Shown here in pieces: positions 1-9,343 of a stretch of DNA of 24,440 nucleotides (position 1 is its first letter; each line of letters begins with the position of its first letter). Source of the DNA: Candidatus Micrarchaeia archaeon. GTDB lineage: Archaea; Micrarchaeota; Micrarchaeia; Burarchaeales; JACRGF01. The notes beneath the pieces were generated by a model. It saw only the letters and a list, made by a program, of their open reading frames with translations, did not search any database and was not told the DNA's origin. The stretch lies in assembly GCA_038870455.1 (NCBI GenBank), contig JAWCPB010000017.1, positions 1-24,440 of the forward strand. The letters run 5' to 3'. The translations under genes were made by a program, and so were the position numbers.

Positions 1-952
1 GGCAGGCGAAAACGTCAAGCGTGTCGTCAATGTGCGACCTCACCCTCCACGACACCACGAGATAGGATGCCAGGCCGGCCGCTATCCCGATGACTATCGC
101 GGCGTTGTTATCAACAAAGCCCGAGGCGGGCGTGATGGCCACGAGGCCCACCACGGCGCCGATGCACATTCCCACGAGCGACGGCCTCCTGTTCACGGCC
201 CACGTCGCAACCATCCACGTGAGCGCGGCTGCGGCCGCCGCAGTGTTCGTCACCACAAACGCGCTAGCCGCGAGGCCTCCCGCTCCCAGCGCGCTGCCCG
301 CGTTGAACCCGAACCAGCCGAACCACAGGAGCGCCGTCCCCAGCACGACCAGGGGGATGTCCGCTGGCTTCTCGTCGCCGCTCTTGTACCATTTTCTCCT
401 GCCGATGACTATCGCGCTCGCGAGAGCAGAGAACCCCGCGGTGATGTGCACGACCGTTCCGCCTGCAAAGTCGAGCACGCCCATGTCGCGCAGCCATCCC
501 CCGACTCCCCACACCCAGTGCGCCACCGGGTAGTAAATGAGCAGGCTCCACAGTATGATGAAAACCAGGAAAGCCGGAAAGCGGAAGCGGCCCACGAACG
601 CGCCCACGATGAGCGCAGGCGTGATGACCGCGAACTTGGCCTGGAAAATCATGAAGGCCAGGGCCGGTATGGTCGCCGAGTATTTCTCGATCGGCTCGAG
701 CCCCACTCCCTGCAGGAAAGCCCAGTCCAGCGTTCCCACGAGCCCGCCGTTCGGCGCGAAAGCCAGCGAGAACCCCACGACCACCCACAGCAGGCTGGCA
801 AGACAGAGTATGACGAAAGCGTGCATGAGAAGCGAGAGGAGATTTCTCTTATTCACCAGGCCGGCGTAGAAAAAGCCCAGGCCCGGCGTCATTATCATGA
901 CGAGCGCCGCTCCCGCGAGCACCCACGCGGTATCGCCTGTGTCTACGGCCAT
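1..952 (-). CDS. amtB: Ammonium transporter (Amt family), 3' end runs off the window
   Basis: Manual translation from ATG at 952: MAVDTGDTAWVLAGAALVMIMTPGLGFFYAGLV...DFAGGTVVHITAG...LLWFGWFGFNAGS...HIDDTLDVFAC, which are Amt signature motifs. GGTGG SD-like sequence upstream. Absent from the ORF track, presumably because it has no stop codon in the window. Confidence 0.96.
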   Translation of the reverse strand, partial: MAVDTGDTAWVLAGAALVMIMTPGLGFFYAGLVNKRNLLSLLMHAFVILCLASLLWVVVGFSLAFAPNGGLVGTLDWAFLQGVGLEPIEKYSATIPALAFMIFQAKFAVITPALIVGAFVGRFRFPAFLVFIILWSLLIYYPVAHWVWGVGGWLRDMGVLDFAGGTVVHITAGFSALASAIVIGRRKWYKSGDEKPADIPLVVLGTALLWFGWFGFNAGSALGAGGLAASAFVVTNTAAAAAALTWMVATWAVNRRPSLVGMCIGAVVGLVAITPASGFVDNNAAIVIGIAAGLASYLVVSWRVRSHIDDTLDVFAC

Positions 953-1090
953 GCAAAACCACCCGTTTTTGTTCTTCTTGGCTATGCATAAATATTTTTT
1001 CGCATTTTTTCTAGACATTCATACAAATATTTAAAAATTTTTAGACATATAATACAAAACACGGGCGTGGGCCTGCGTTCGGGTGGATGG
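953..1090. promoter_or_regulatory. AT-rich divergent promoter region between amt and the Lrp regulator, with a phased direct repeat
   Basis: Sharp AT-rich island. TAGACAT at 1012 and 1042, ATACAAA at 1021 and 1052, AAATATTT at 990 and 1025, TTTAAAAA at 1030. Confidence 0.6.
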
Positions 1091-1534
1091 ATGTTGGACG
1101 AAACAGACCTGAAAATTATCTCGGAACTCTGCCGGAATGCCAGAGGCTCTTTCAGGCAGCTTGCCGACAGGGTGGGCGTGCATCCCAGCACTCTCATAAG
1201 CAGGGTGGGCAGGCTGGAGAAAGACGGAGTGATAAAAGGCTATACCGCACGCCTTGACTTGGAGAAGCTCGGTTATGATTTCATGGCCATCGTCGAGCTG
1301 ACCATTCCCAAGAAATTGCTGGAGATACAGCACCGCTTGCGCTCGCTGCCGGGCGTCGTGGCCATATTCGATGTAACCGGCGACACGGACTCGGTTCTTC
1401 TCATCGCATGCGAGAACACGCGCGCCTTCAACAAAACCATCAAGAAAATTCACGAGATTCCGGAAGTGCAGAGGACGAACTCGCACGTCGTGCTGAACGT
1501 CATAAAAGATTGGAGCGATTTTGTCCCCGTCTAG
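1091..1534 (+). CDS. Lrp/AsnC family transcriptional regulator
   Basis: MLDETDLKIISELCRNARGSFRQLADRVGVHPSTLISRVGRLEKDGVIKGY is a typical Lrp HTH. The C-terminal RAM domain has VTGDTD. Confidence 0.95.
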   Translation: MLDETDLKIISELCRNARGSFRQLADRVGVHPSTLISRVGRLEKDGVIKGYTARLDLEKLGYDFMAIVELTIPKKLLEIQHRLRSLPGVVAIFDVTGDTDSVLLIACENTRAFNKTIKKIHEIPEVQRTNSHVVLNVIKDWSDFVPV

Positions 1535-1535
1535 C

Positions 1536-1820
1536 TCACTCGAAATCCGGTACGAGCGGCGGCCTCTCATCTATGAGCATGAAGGCATAGTAGTTGGCGC
1601 GCGAGCCGTACATGACGATGAGCCTCAGCCAGCGGTGGAGCGCCAAGTTCCGCTTGCCCGTGGCCAGCACGTGAAGCGCTTGAATGACTGCAAGCAGGCC
1701 GCCTATGGGAGTGAGAAAGCCGCTTATGATGCTCAGCGCAATGTAGTACAATACCCTAACGGGCACCTCGAGCCTGCTCGCGCTCTCTATGTAGGTCACC
1801 TCGGTCTTAAGCGTCTTCAT
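1536..1820 (-). CDS. Small membrane protein, DUF4389-like
   Basis: Likely start MKTLKTEV. Contains SRLEVPVR, a hydrophobic segment, LHVLATGKRN and a C-terminal DERPP motif resembling DUF4389 proteins. Confidence 0.7.
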   Translation of the reverse strand: MKTLKTEVTYIESASRLEVPVRVLYYIALSIISGFLTPIGGLLAVIQALHVLATGKRNLALHRWLRLIVMYGSRANYYAFMLIDERPPLVPDFE

Positions 1821-1881
1821 CCGACCACCCGTTGCTTCTCTGTGCGAAAAGCGTATTAACCCTTTTTGCATAGTGTTTTCC

Positions 1882-2958
1882 ATGCCGTTGCCGAGCGCCA
1901 GCGACTACAATGCGTTCATCGAGAAGCGCGCGTTCTGCGTGGCCCAGTTCAAGAACGGCTCGGTGGGGATGAAGAGCGGGCTGCGGGCCAGCGAATTTTC
2001 TTCCTTCATAAAAAACGCCTCGGTTGCCTGGATCGATGTGGCGGCCGCTGATTTCGACAGGGAGGCTCCGATCGCGGCCGAGTCGATGGGCTTTTCGAAG
2101 GACCTCGCCTCCCGCCTTCTCAAAAAACAGATCAGCGCGTACGAGGACTTCAACACCGAAATGGGCCTCCTCCTGCCGGCCGTGACCGTGGAGGGCTTCA
2201 AAGTGAAGACCAACCCCCTGCTCATCCTCATCAAGAGCAACCTCGTGCTGACCGTCCACAGCGCCGAGGTCGCGCGCCTCACTCGCCTCCGCCGCTATGC
2301 CGACACCTTTATGAGAAAGCTCCCGCGCAGGGCGCTGCACAAGGACAAGGTCACCCAGGTGCTCATTCGCGTCATAGACGAGAACAACGGCAGGAACTTC
2401 GACCACCTGCGCGAGATCGAGGAGAAGGGCGACAGGCTCAGCGAGCGCCTCACCGACATCAAGACCCCGAGGACTGTTCTCGGGCCAGAGATTCACAGCA
2501 TGAAGCACGCGCTCATCACCTACCTCAGCGCCATGTGGGCCACGCTCGATGTGATCAACGCCATGCGCTACGGCGATCCCGAGCTGCTGACTGACAATCC
2601 CAAAATCCTCCACAGGCTGGGCGCGCTGGCGGCTGACGTGAACAACAACATCGGCCTTGCAGAGCACCTGAGCGAGGTTCTGGCGAGCGGCCTCGAGGTG
2701 CTTCAGAGCATCTACAACAACCAGCTGCAAGTGCTCAATAACAGGTTGTCGCTCGTGGTCACTTATCTCACTATCATCGGCACTGCCGTGCTCGTGCCAA
2801 ATACGATTGCCACGGCGCTCTCAAGCCCAGTCTTCGGCCTTACCACAAAGGACGCTTGGTGGTACTTGCTCCTTCTCATCGTTTCCACCATCATCGCCAC
2901 GCTGTTCGTCTATTGGTGGGTGAAGAAAAAAGGCTGGATACCCCCTGCTCCTGAGTGA
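1882..2958 (+). CDS. corA: CorA family divalent cation transporter
   Basis: WIDV N-terminal motif, long helical stalk, and two C-terminal TM helices (NNRLSLVVTYLTIIGTAVLVPNTIA; WWYLLLL). Lacks the canonical GMN motif. Confidence 0.85.
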   Translation: MPLPSASDYNAFIEKRAFCVAQFKNGSVGMKSGLRASEFSSFIKNASVAWIDVAAADFDREAPIAAESMGFSKDLASRLLKKQISAYEDFNTEMGLLLPAVTVEGFKVKTNPLLILIKSNLVLTVHSAEVARLTRLRRYADTFMRKLPRRALHKDKVTQVLIRVIDENNGRNFDHLREIEEKGDRLSERLTDIKTPRTVLGPEIHSMKHALITYLSAMWATLDVINAMRYGDPELLTDNPKILHRLGALAADVNNNIGLAEHLSEVLASGLEVLQSIYNNQLQVLNNRLSLVVTYLTIIGTAVLVPNTIATALSSPVFGLTTKDAWWYLLLLIVSTIIATLFVYWWVKKKGWIPPAPE

Positions 2959-2960
2959 GC

Positions 2961-4058
2961 TCATCTTATTTTCAGCGCGACAGTGCAGAACAGTGCGAAC
3001 GCGAGCGCGGCCCCTGCGAACACGGGCGCGAAGCCATAGTGCTGGGCCACCCATCCCGCGCCGATGAAAGCGACGAACTCCATTACTCTGAAAGGCGCGT
3101 GCATCACGGCGATGTCGGTCGAGACCGAAGAATTTCCCACGCTCGCCCTCGCGATGACGTTCTCGAAAACGACCGCGGCAAGCCCGTCTCCGAGCGCGAG
3201 CAGCGCGAACAAGGGAAGGAACAAGCCCGGGTTCCACAGGAGAACCGCGGCAGGCGAGAACAGCAGGAAAGCCCCGGCGCACGCCCAGCCAAAAGGCAGG
3301 CGCGCTCTCACCGACAACAGCGTGACCGCAGAGCCAAGCAGGTAATACAGCGCGAACAGCGCGCCGATTTCCTTGTACCCCAGCCCCAGCTCGCTCTTCA
3401 TGAAAATCGGGAGGACGAACAACGCGTTCGCCGCGAGCCCGTAGAGAGAGACGGCGAGCGACGCCTTCCAGAAAAACGCGCTTCTCTTCCTGAAAACGAG
3501 CCTCGCCGCTTCCCCCAGGCTCCATCTTCCGGTGTCCTTCTTCAGCAGCAGGGAAGGCGGAAACAAGAGCAGCGAAAGGACGAGCAGGGCTAGCAGCGTT
3601 CCTTCGAACGACCACAGCGCAATCGCCGCGCCTGCCCCAAGCGTTCCCAGCGCTGTGGCGAGCGTCCTCACCCCTGAAAGCAACGCCGCGCTTCTCGCCT
3701 CCATCCCCCTCGCGTCCGAGAAGGCCGCGGTCCTCACCACGGCCCAGAAAGACGAGTCCTTCACTCCCTCCATGACTTTCCCGAGCGCGTACAGCGGAGG
3801 CGAGTCCGCCAAGTAATAGACGACAAGCATGCCCGCGTTGGCGGCCGCGTTCAGCAGGAAAAACCTCCTTATCCCAGCCTGGTCCGCGATGGCCGCGAAA
3901 ACAGTTCTCGCAGCCAGGAACACGACCGGCAGCGCGGCGAAAATCGCGCCTATCGTCGCGACATCAATGCCCCTCTCCAGCAGCAGCAGGGGCAGCGCGA
4001 TGGCCAGCGCGCTGCCTATGAAGTACTGCAGGAAATTGATGGCAAGGAGCTTTCTCAC
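2961..4058 (-). CDS. MFS transporter
   Basis: 365 aa with about 12 hydrophobic segments and MFS motif A-like AAIADQAGIRR. Confidence 0.9.
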   Translation of the reverse strand: MRKLLAINFLQYFIGSALAIALPLLLLERGIDVATIGAIFAALPVVFLAARTVFAAIADQAGIRRFFLLNAAANAGMLVVYYLADSPPLYALGKVMEGVKDSSFWAVVRTAAFSDARGMEARSAALLSGVRTLATALGTLGAGAAIALWSFEGTLLALLVLSLLLFPPSLLLKKDTGRWSLGEAARLVFRKRSAFFWKASLAVSLYGLAANALFVLPIFMKSELGLGYKEIGALFALYYLLGSAVTLLSVRARLPFGWACAGAFLLFSPAAVLLWNPGLFLPLFALLALGDGLAAVVFENVIARASVGNSSVSTDIAVMHAPFRVMEFVAFIGAGWVAQHYGFAPVFAGAALAFALFCTVALKIR

Positions 4059-4093
4059 AAACCTTTTTTAACGGCAAAGGCTATAATACGTTC

Positions 4094-4273
4094 ATGCCAA
4101 GCACGCACTCTTTCCCGTGCGCCCGCTGCGGGAGGCCTTACGAGACGGCAGTCACCGAGGAGTGGATTGACGGCGAGTGGGTTGCGCTGCGCAGGCACGT
4201 GTTCTGCAGCGCCGAATGCACGCGCGCGTTCGCAGAGATGACGGGCCAACCCTGGAATGGGGAAAGAAAGTAG
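4094..4273 (+). CDS. Small zinc-finger protein (CxxC...FCSxxC; TRASH/YHS/FCS-like), 59 aa
   Basis: Manual translation: MPSTHSFPCARCGRPYETAVTEEWIDGEWVALRRHVFCSAECTRAFAEMTGQPWNGERK*. Fills the intergenic gap, with TTTTTTAA about 25 nt upstream. Apparently just below the ORF-track length cut-off. Confidence 0.75.
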   Translation: MPSTHSFPCARCGRPYETAVTEEWIDGEWVALRRHVFCSAECTRAFAEMTGQPWNGERK

Positions 4274-4308
4274 CCTATTTTTTAAAAGTTTGACTCCAAT
4301 CAAGCCTC

Positions 4309-5187
4309 ATGCTCCAAGAGCTTTTCAGGAGAAATAAGTTCATCCTCACCAGCGAGGTGCATCCACCGAGAAGCGCTAGCCTCGACGGCTTGAGGAAAGA
4401 CCTCAAGCGCATGCGCGTCGATGCCATCAATGTTGTTGACATGTCGGGCGCGTACCAGATGATGTCCCCCTTGCCCGCGGCCATCGCGGTCAAGCAGGCG
4501 GGCAAGGAGCCCATCATGCAAGTGGCCTGCAGGGACCGCAACGTGCTCGCGTTACAAGGAGACCTTCTTGGTGCAGCCGCCTTTGGGATTCGCAACATCC
4601 TCGCCATAACAGGCGACTCGCCGGCCATCGGCGACGCCAAGGAAGCCAAAGGCGTTTTTCACCTCAACTCCCTGTCCCTTCTCGAGCTCATCCGCACGCT
4701 GAACTCGGGCAAGACCTTCAACGGCCACCGTCTTTTTTCGGAGCCCCCGGGCTTCTTCACAGGCGCAGGCATTAACATGAACTCTCCTCAGCTCGAGTTC
4801 GAGGCCAGGAAGACAAAGCAGAAGCTCGAGAGAGGCGCCCAGTTCTTCCAAACCCAGGTCATCTTCAATCCGGAGAATGCTGGAAGGTTCTTTGAAATTT
4901 ACGAAAAGCTGCACAAGGAGGACATCCGCAACAAGGTGCTGTTGGGCATTGTGCTTCTTCACGCCGGCTGGCTCATCGACATACTGAAGGGCCTGCCGGG
5001 CGTGAGCATTCCTCCCCAAGACGAAAAGCGCGTCAAGTCGGCCAAAGATCCCGTTGCCGAAGGCGTGGCCATAGCGCTCGAGACCTCAGACAAGCTCAAG
5101 GCCTACGGCGTGGCCGGCCTGCACGTCATCCCAGCCGAAAACATTGACGCGCTCGAGCTTTTCTGCAAGGAATACGGAAAGTGTTGA
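4309..5187 (+). CDS. metF: 5,10-methylenetetrahydrofolate reductase
   Basis: EVHPPR, IMQVACRDRNVLALQGDLLGA, ILAITGD, GAQFFQTQVIF motifs. Confidence 0.93.
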   Translation: MLQELFRRNKFILTSEVHPPRSASLDGLRKDLKRMRVDAINVVDMSGAYQMMSPLPAAIAVKQAGKEPIMQVACRDRNVLALQGDLLGAAAFGIRNILAITGDSPAIGDAKEAKGVFHLNSLSLLELIRTLNSGKTFNGHRLFSEPPGFFTGAGINMNSPQLEFEARKTKQKLERGAQFFQTQVIFNPENAGRFFEIYEKLHKEDIRNKVLLGIVLLHAGWLIDILKGLPGVSIPPQDEKRVKSAKDPVAEGVAIALETSDKLKAYGVAGLHVIPAENIDALELFCKEYGKC

Positions 5188-5188
5188 G

Positions 5189-6646
5189 ATGGCCTTTCGC
5201 ACAGAGAAGGATTTTCTCGGCAGCGTGAGGGTTCCGGCAGAGGCTTACTATGGTTCTTTCACCGCCCGCGCGCTGGCAAACTTTCAGATTTCAGGAAGGC
5301 GCGCCCCAGCGGTCTTCATACGTTCGCTCGCGCTCATCAAGCGCGCAGCGGCCGAGACGAACATGCGGCTTGGCCTGTTGGACAAAAGGCTTGGAAACGC
5401 GATTGTGCGCGCGTGCGGCGAAGTCGCTGCAGGCAAGCTCGCCGACCAGTTTCCCCTTGACGTTTTCCAGGCGGGCGCGGGCACACCCTTCAACATGAAC
5501 GCCAACGAGGTCATCGCCAACAGGGCGAACGAGCTGCTGGGCGCGCCGAAGGGTTCCTATCGTTTTGTCAACCCGAACAATCACGTGAACATGGCGCAGA
5601 GCAGCAATGACGTCATCCCGACCGCCATCCGCCTCGCCGTTCTCCTTTCGCTCCCCCGCCTGCTCGCAGAACTTGCGCTGCTCGAAAAGTCATTCCGCAA
5701 AAAAGCCCGCGCTTTCGCCCGCATCGTAAAAGTGGGAAGGACTCACCTTCAGGACGCCGTGCCCATCACGCTCGGGCAGGAGTTCGGCGCGTGGGCCGAC
5801 TCGCTGAAGGCCGACGGGAAAGCGGTTGCCGGTGCCGGCATGGAGCTGCGGGTTCTGGGAATCGGAGGGACAGCGGTGGGCACGGGCATCACAGCCCACC
5901 CTCGCTTCCGCGCGCTCATTGTAAAGCGCCTTTCCTCCCTCACGCGCCTTCCGCTCAAACCAGGCAAGCCCATTCAGCTCACCCAGGATATGGGCGCATT
6001 CGCGCGCTTCTCGGCTTCCCTGCGCGCGCTCTCCCTCTCGCTCGTGCGCATCAGCAACAACCTCGAGCTTCTGAACACGGGCCCCAGAACCGGCATCGGC
6101 GAAATCCATTTGCCTGATGTGGAGCCGGGCTCTTCCATCATGCCCGGCAAAGTCAATCCCTCTGTTCCCGAGTGCGTTGAGATGGTCGCCTTCCGCGTTC
6201 TGGCGAACGACTATGCCGTCGCGCTCTGCACTCAGGCAGGACAACTCGAGCTAAACGTGGATACGCCTCTCATCGCGCTCAGTCTTCTTGAATCCACCGA
6301 GCTCCTGTCAAACGCCTGCAGGATGTTCCGCGTCTGCTGCGTGGACGGCATTCGCGCTGACGCCGCTCGCTGCCGCGAGCTCTTCGAAGGCAGTCTCGTC
6401 ACTGCAACGGCGCTCAACCCCTACCTCGGCTATTCCGTGATGAGCGCGCTCGTTCGGGAAAGCCTTAAGAGCGGGAGTACGCTGAGGCAGACGATCAGCG
6501 TCCACAGGCTTGTGGAAGAAAAAGACCTGCAGCGCGTTCTATCACCGCAAGCGCTTACAAAATCCGTCGAAACCGATTTGAAGCTGAAAGAAAAAATTCA
6601 GAAAAACCCTGCTTTCAAGAGATTCCTGCGGCGGATTTCACGCTGA
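5189..6646 (+). CDS. aspA: Aspartate ammonia-lyase / class II fumarase family lyase
   Basis: RTEKDFLG, GRTHLQDAVP and GSSIMPGKVNP signature. AspA versus FumC cannot be settled by eye. Confidence 0.85.
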   Translation: MAFRTEKDFLGSVRVPAEAYYGSFTARALANFQISGRRAPAVFIRSLALIKRAAAETNMRLGLLDKRLGNAIVRACGEVAAGKLADQFPLDVFQAGAGTPFNMNANEVIANRANELLGAPKGSYRFVNPNNHVNMAQSSNDVIPTAIRLAVLLSLPRLLAELALLEKSFRKKARAFARIVKVGRTHLQDAVPITLGQEFGAWADSLKADGKAVAGAGMELRVLGIGGTAVGTGITAHPRFRALIVKRLSSLTRLPLKPGKPIQLTQDMGAFARFSASLRALSLSLVRISNNLELLNTGPRTGIGEIHLPDVEPGSSIMPGKVNPSVPECVEMVAFRVLANDYAVALCTQAGQLELNVDTPLIALSLLESTELLSNACRMFRVCCVDGIRADAARCRELFEGSLVTATALNPYLGYSVMSALVRESLKSGSTLRQTISVHRLVEEKDLQRVLSPQALTKSVETDLKLKEKIQKNPAFKRFLRRISR

Positions 6647-8260
6647 ACCATATTTTTTCCTCAGCTCCTCCTCTCTCTTCTCCAGCCTCTTCTCTGCATC
6701 GAGCCTCTCGAGCCCGTATTCCCTCCTGTCCACGAACACCATGCCCGCCACCAGCCCCGGATGCACTTCCTCAACTTCGGCAAGCATCCCCAACGCCATG
6801 CGCCTGTAGTCCTCGTGCCCCTGCACGCTCGTCCGAAGCTCAACAAGGTGATAGAGCTCACGCAGATTGAGCCGCACATACCACCTTATTCTATAGGCCA
6901 GCGGCACGACGTACTGGGCCTGCACGGGCGCGTCAGCCGCGATGGCCTCCCACGCCTCCCTCGCTCTCTCCATGGCATCTCTATATCCCTTCTCTAGGCC
7001 CGCCTCGCCCAATGCCTCGGGCACGTCATAACCGTGCGCGCACCCGAGCAGCTGCCTTTCCTGCGTGAGCATCCTGTGCCTGTGCAGGTCCCTGTACATG
7101 CCGAAATTTCCCAAGAGGTCAAACGTGTAATACGCGTTCTCGAAGGCCCTGCCTGGCTTGTGCCGCCTGTTTTTCCTGTGCGCGGTATAGGCGCGCACTA
7201 TCGCGGCCCTCTCCTCAGGCCGCATGCCCCTTACCCGCTCGCGCAAGGCGGAGAGCGAGGCATTTGCGTGGGGATACAGCATTGCGGCCACCACCTTCTC
7301 TTCCGCATCGGCATCAAAATCAACCAGCTCGACGGACCTATCTCCCCTGGCTTCCGCCGCGATTTTTCCAGCAATCCCCTCCATCGCCTTGTTTGTTTCC
7401 CCGATGTACGCCTGCATTTCCTTCCCCTGCGGATTGTCCGCCCGCTTGACAAAGGATGGGATAACCTTCTCGAGTTCTCCGTGAATGTTGCTTGCCAGCA
7501 CGCGCGCTTCGGCCAGCGGGCTGGCGTACAGCTTGACAAGCAAATATTCAAACGCCCGCCCGTTTCCGAAAAGGCCGACGTTGGTGAGCGTGCCGGCGGG
7601 CAGCAGGCCCCTGAGGAGATCGCACGCCTTTGCCCTCACCGCGGCCGCGTACGCTCGCTCGCTCGTCCCCTCCTCCTTTGGAAACTTCTCCTCCACAAAA
7701 GCGCTCACGGGCTCGATGAGCCTCGCGTACGTGTCGAAAAGCAAATCGCACGTTGCCTCATAGAGCCGCGCGTGTGGTCCCTGCATGAGCTCGGGATCCC
7801 TGTAGTACTTGTACCGCCCGTTTTCCTTGTGATGGAACCACACGTACCGCGTGCTCTTCTCAAGCGGGGAGACTCCTATCCTCGCGTCCTCCAGCAGCTT
7901 GCTCGCGAGGATGCTGACGTTCTCGCACGCCACGTGCGCCCCGCCGAGCTCGGCCACGCTGTCGTCGCCAAAACCCACGAGCACCCTGTCGTAGAATTCC
8001 TCCGCCTTTCTTATCGCGATGTGCTGCTCAGCCCCTGCGGCCTCGCCCACAGCCACGATTTCCTTGAAGCCCATCTCCGGCTTGAGGATGAACTCGTCGA
8101 GCAGCACCCTGCGCAGGCTCTTCTCGCTCCTCGAGTAGCGCGAGAACAGCGCGCCCTTGACAACCTCGGGCAGGTTGGTCAGGCAGAAAACATCCTTGTC
8201 AAAGTTGGTGACGAAAGGGCGCAGCAGCGCCTGTTCTTCGGGAGTGAATGCCTCGGCCAC
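6638..8260 (-). CDS. thyX: FAD-dependent thymidylate synthase, long tandem-domain form
   Basis: ALFSRYSRS, GFGDDSVAELG and EKSTRYV in the N-terminal domain. RDLHRHR...QERQ and NLRELYHLVELRT in the C-terminal domain. Confidence 0.93.
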   Translation of the reverse strand: MAEAFTPEEQALLRPFVTNFDKDVFCLTNLPEVVKGALFSRYSRSEKSLRRVLLDEFILKPEMGFKEIVAVGEAAGAEQHIAIRKAEEFYDRVLVGFGDDSVAELGGAHVACENVSILASKLLEDARIGVSPLEKSTRYVWFHHKENGRYKYYRDPELMQGPHARLYEATCDLLFDTYARLIEPVSAFVEEKFPKEEGTSERAYAAAVRAKACDLLRGLLPAGTLTNVGLFGNGRAFEYLLVKLYASPLAEARVLASNIHGELEKVIPSFVKRADNPQGKEMQAYIGETNKAMEGIAGKIAAEARGDRSVELVDFDADAEEKVVAAMLYPHANASLSALRERVRGMRPEERAAIVRAYTAHRKNRRHKPGRAFENAYYTFDLLGNFGMYRDLHRHRMLTQERQLLGCAHGYDVPEALGEAGLEKGYRDAMERAREAWEAIAADAPVQAQYVVPLAYRIRWYVRLNLRELYHLVELRTSVQGHEDYRRMALGMLAEVEEVHPGLVAGMVFVDRREYGLERLDAEKRLEKREEELRKKYGSA

Positions 8261-8307
8261 ATCCTCTTTATCTCATCCCAGCGCTTTTAAATTCTCTTTC
8301 CAAAATC

Positions 8308-9339
8308 ATGTCCGTGCTGGAATTCATTCCCTTCGACCCAACTGCCTATGCGATAGCGCTTTCCATAGTCGCGCTCGCGGCCTCGTTTGCCGCAGCGCGC
8401 GTTTTCTATTTTGTTTTCAGCGGGCTCACGAAATTCTTCACGAGCAGAACGAGAACAACGCTGGACGACCGCATCCTGGCCGCAATAAAGCGGCCGCTCG
8501 AGCTCATCCTGCTCGTGGCGTGCTTCACCTACGCCGCCTCGGTGGTCAAGGGCCTTGCTTTTTGGGCTGACTTGCTCGGTTCCTTCAGCCTTGCCATCTT
8601 CGCCCTGCTCGCCGGCTACCTGCTCTCTGAGGCCACGGGCGCGGCCCTGCGCTGGTACTACGAGGAGGGAAGCAAGAGCTCGCGCATGGTCAGGCTTGAT
8701 GTTTCGCTCATCCCTCTGCTGCGCAAGATCTCCAAAGTCCTCATCTATGCCGTTGCCGTGTCGTTTGCGCTCAGCTTCCTCGGAATAAACATAACCGCCA
8801 TCCTGGCGATCGGCAGCATCACCGGCCTCATCCTCGGCCTTGCGAGCCAGGAGACGCTCGCCAACTTTTTCGCCGGCCTCGCGCTCCTATCGGATCGGCC
8901 GTTCGAGTACGGCGACTACCTGCGCTTTCCCACCGGCGAGGTGGCCGTGCTCAAGCGCATCGGCCTGCGCTCCTCCACGCTCGAGGACGCGGATCACAAC
9001 ACCATCGTCATCTCGAACAGCGAGCTCGCCAAGCAGCGCATCACAAACCTGTGCAGGCCCTCTCACAAGACCAGGATAACGCTCACCCTCGCGGTCGCCC
9101 ACGGCCAGGATCTCGAGCGCATCGCCGCGCTCATCACCCGCACGCTCTCGGGCGCGCGTATTCCAGGAATGATAAAGGATGAGCCACCCTCTGTAAGGGT
9201 GGCAAGCTGGAGCGAGAGCGGCGTACGTTTCTCCGTCATCTTCACCATTGACGACTTCAGGAGCGCGGCCGCGGCCACCGATGCAGCATATCGCGCGCTG
9301 TACGCCGCTTTTAGGAAAAACAAAGTAAAATTGCAGTGA
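8308..9339 (+). CDS. mscS: MscS family mechanosensitive channel
   Basis: GLASQETLANFFAG, DRPFEYGD, IGLRSSTL and ISNSEL motifs, with N-terminal TM helices. Confidence 0.93.
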   Translation: MSVLEFIPFDPTAYAIALSIVALAASFAAARVFYFVFSGLTKFFTSRTRTTLDDRILAAIKRPLELILLVACFTYAASVVKGLAFWADLLGSFSLAIFALLAGYLLSEATGAALRWYYEEGSKSSRMVRLDVSLIPLLRKISKVLIYAVAVSFALSFLGINITAILAIGSITGLILGLASQETLANFFAGLALLSDRPFEYGDYLRFPTGEVAVLKRIGLRSSTLEDADHNTIVISNSELAKQRITNLCRPSHKTRITLTLAVAHGQDLERIAALITRTLSGARIPGMIKDEPPSVRVASWSESGVRFSVIFTIDDFRSAAAATDAAYRALYAAFRKNKVKLQ

Positions 9340-9343
9340 TGGC

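Noticed and set aside
32-991. 319-aa + strand ORF and other long antisense ORFs (e.g. 7034-8290, 18914-20275, 1807-2730, 20845-21660)
   Set aside because: Shadow ORFs of GC-rich genes on the opposite strand (amt, thyX, HAD/tfe, corA, TIP49), with no motifs.
4075-4290. Possible ncRNA (SRP or RNase P RNA) in the gap before metF
   Set aside because: No SRP helix-8 or RNase P P4 signature. The region is explained by the zinc-finger ORF.
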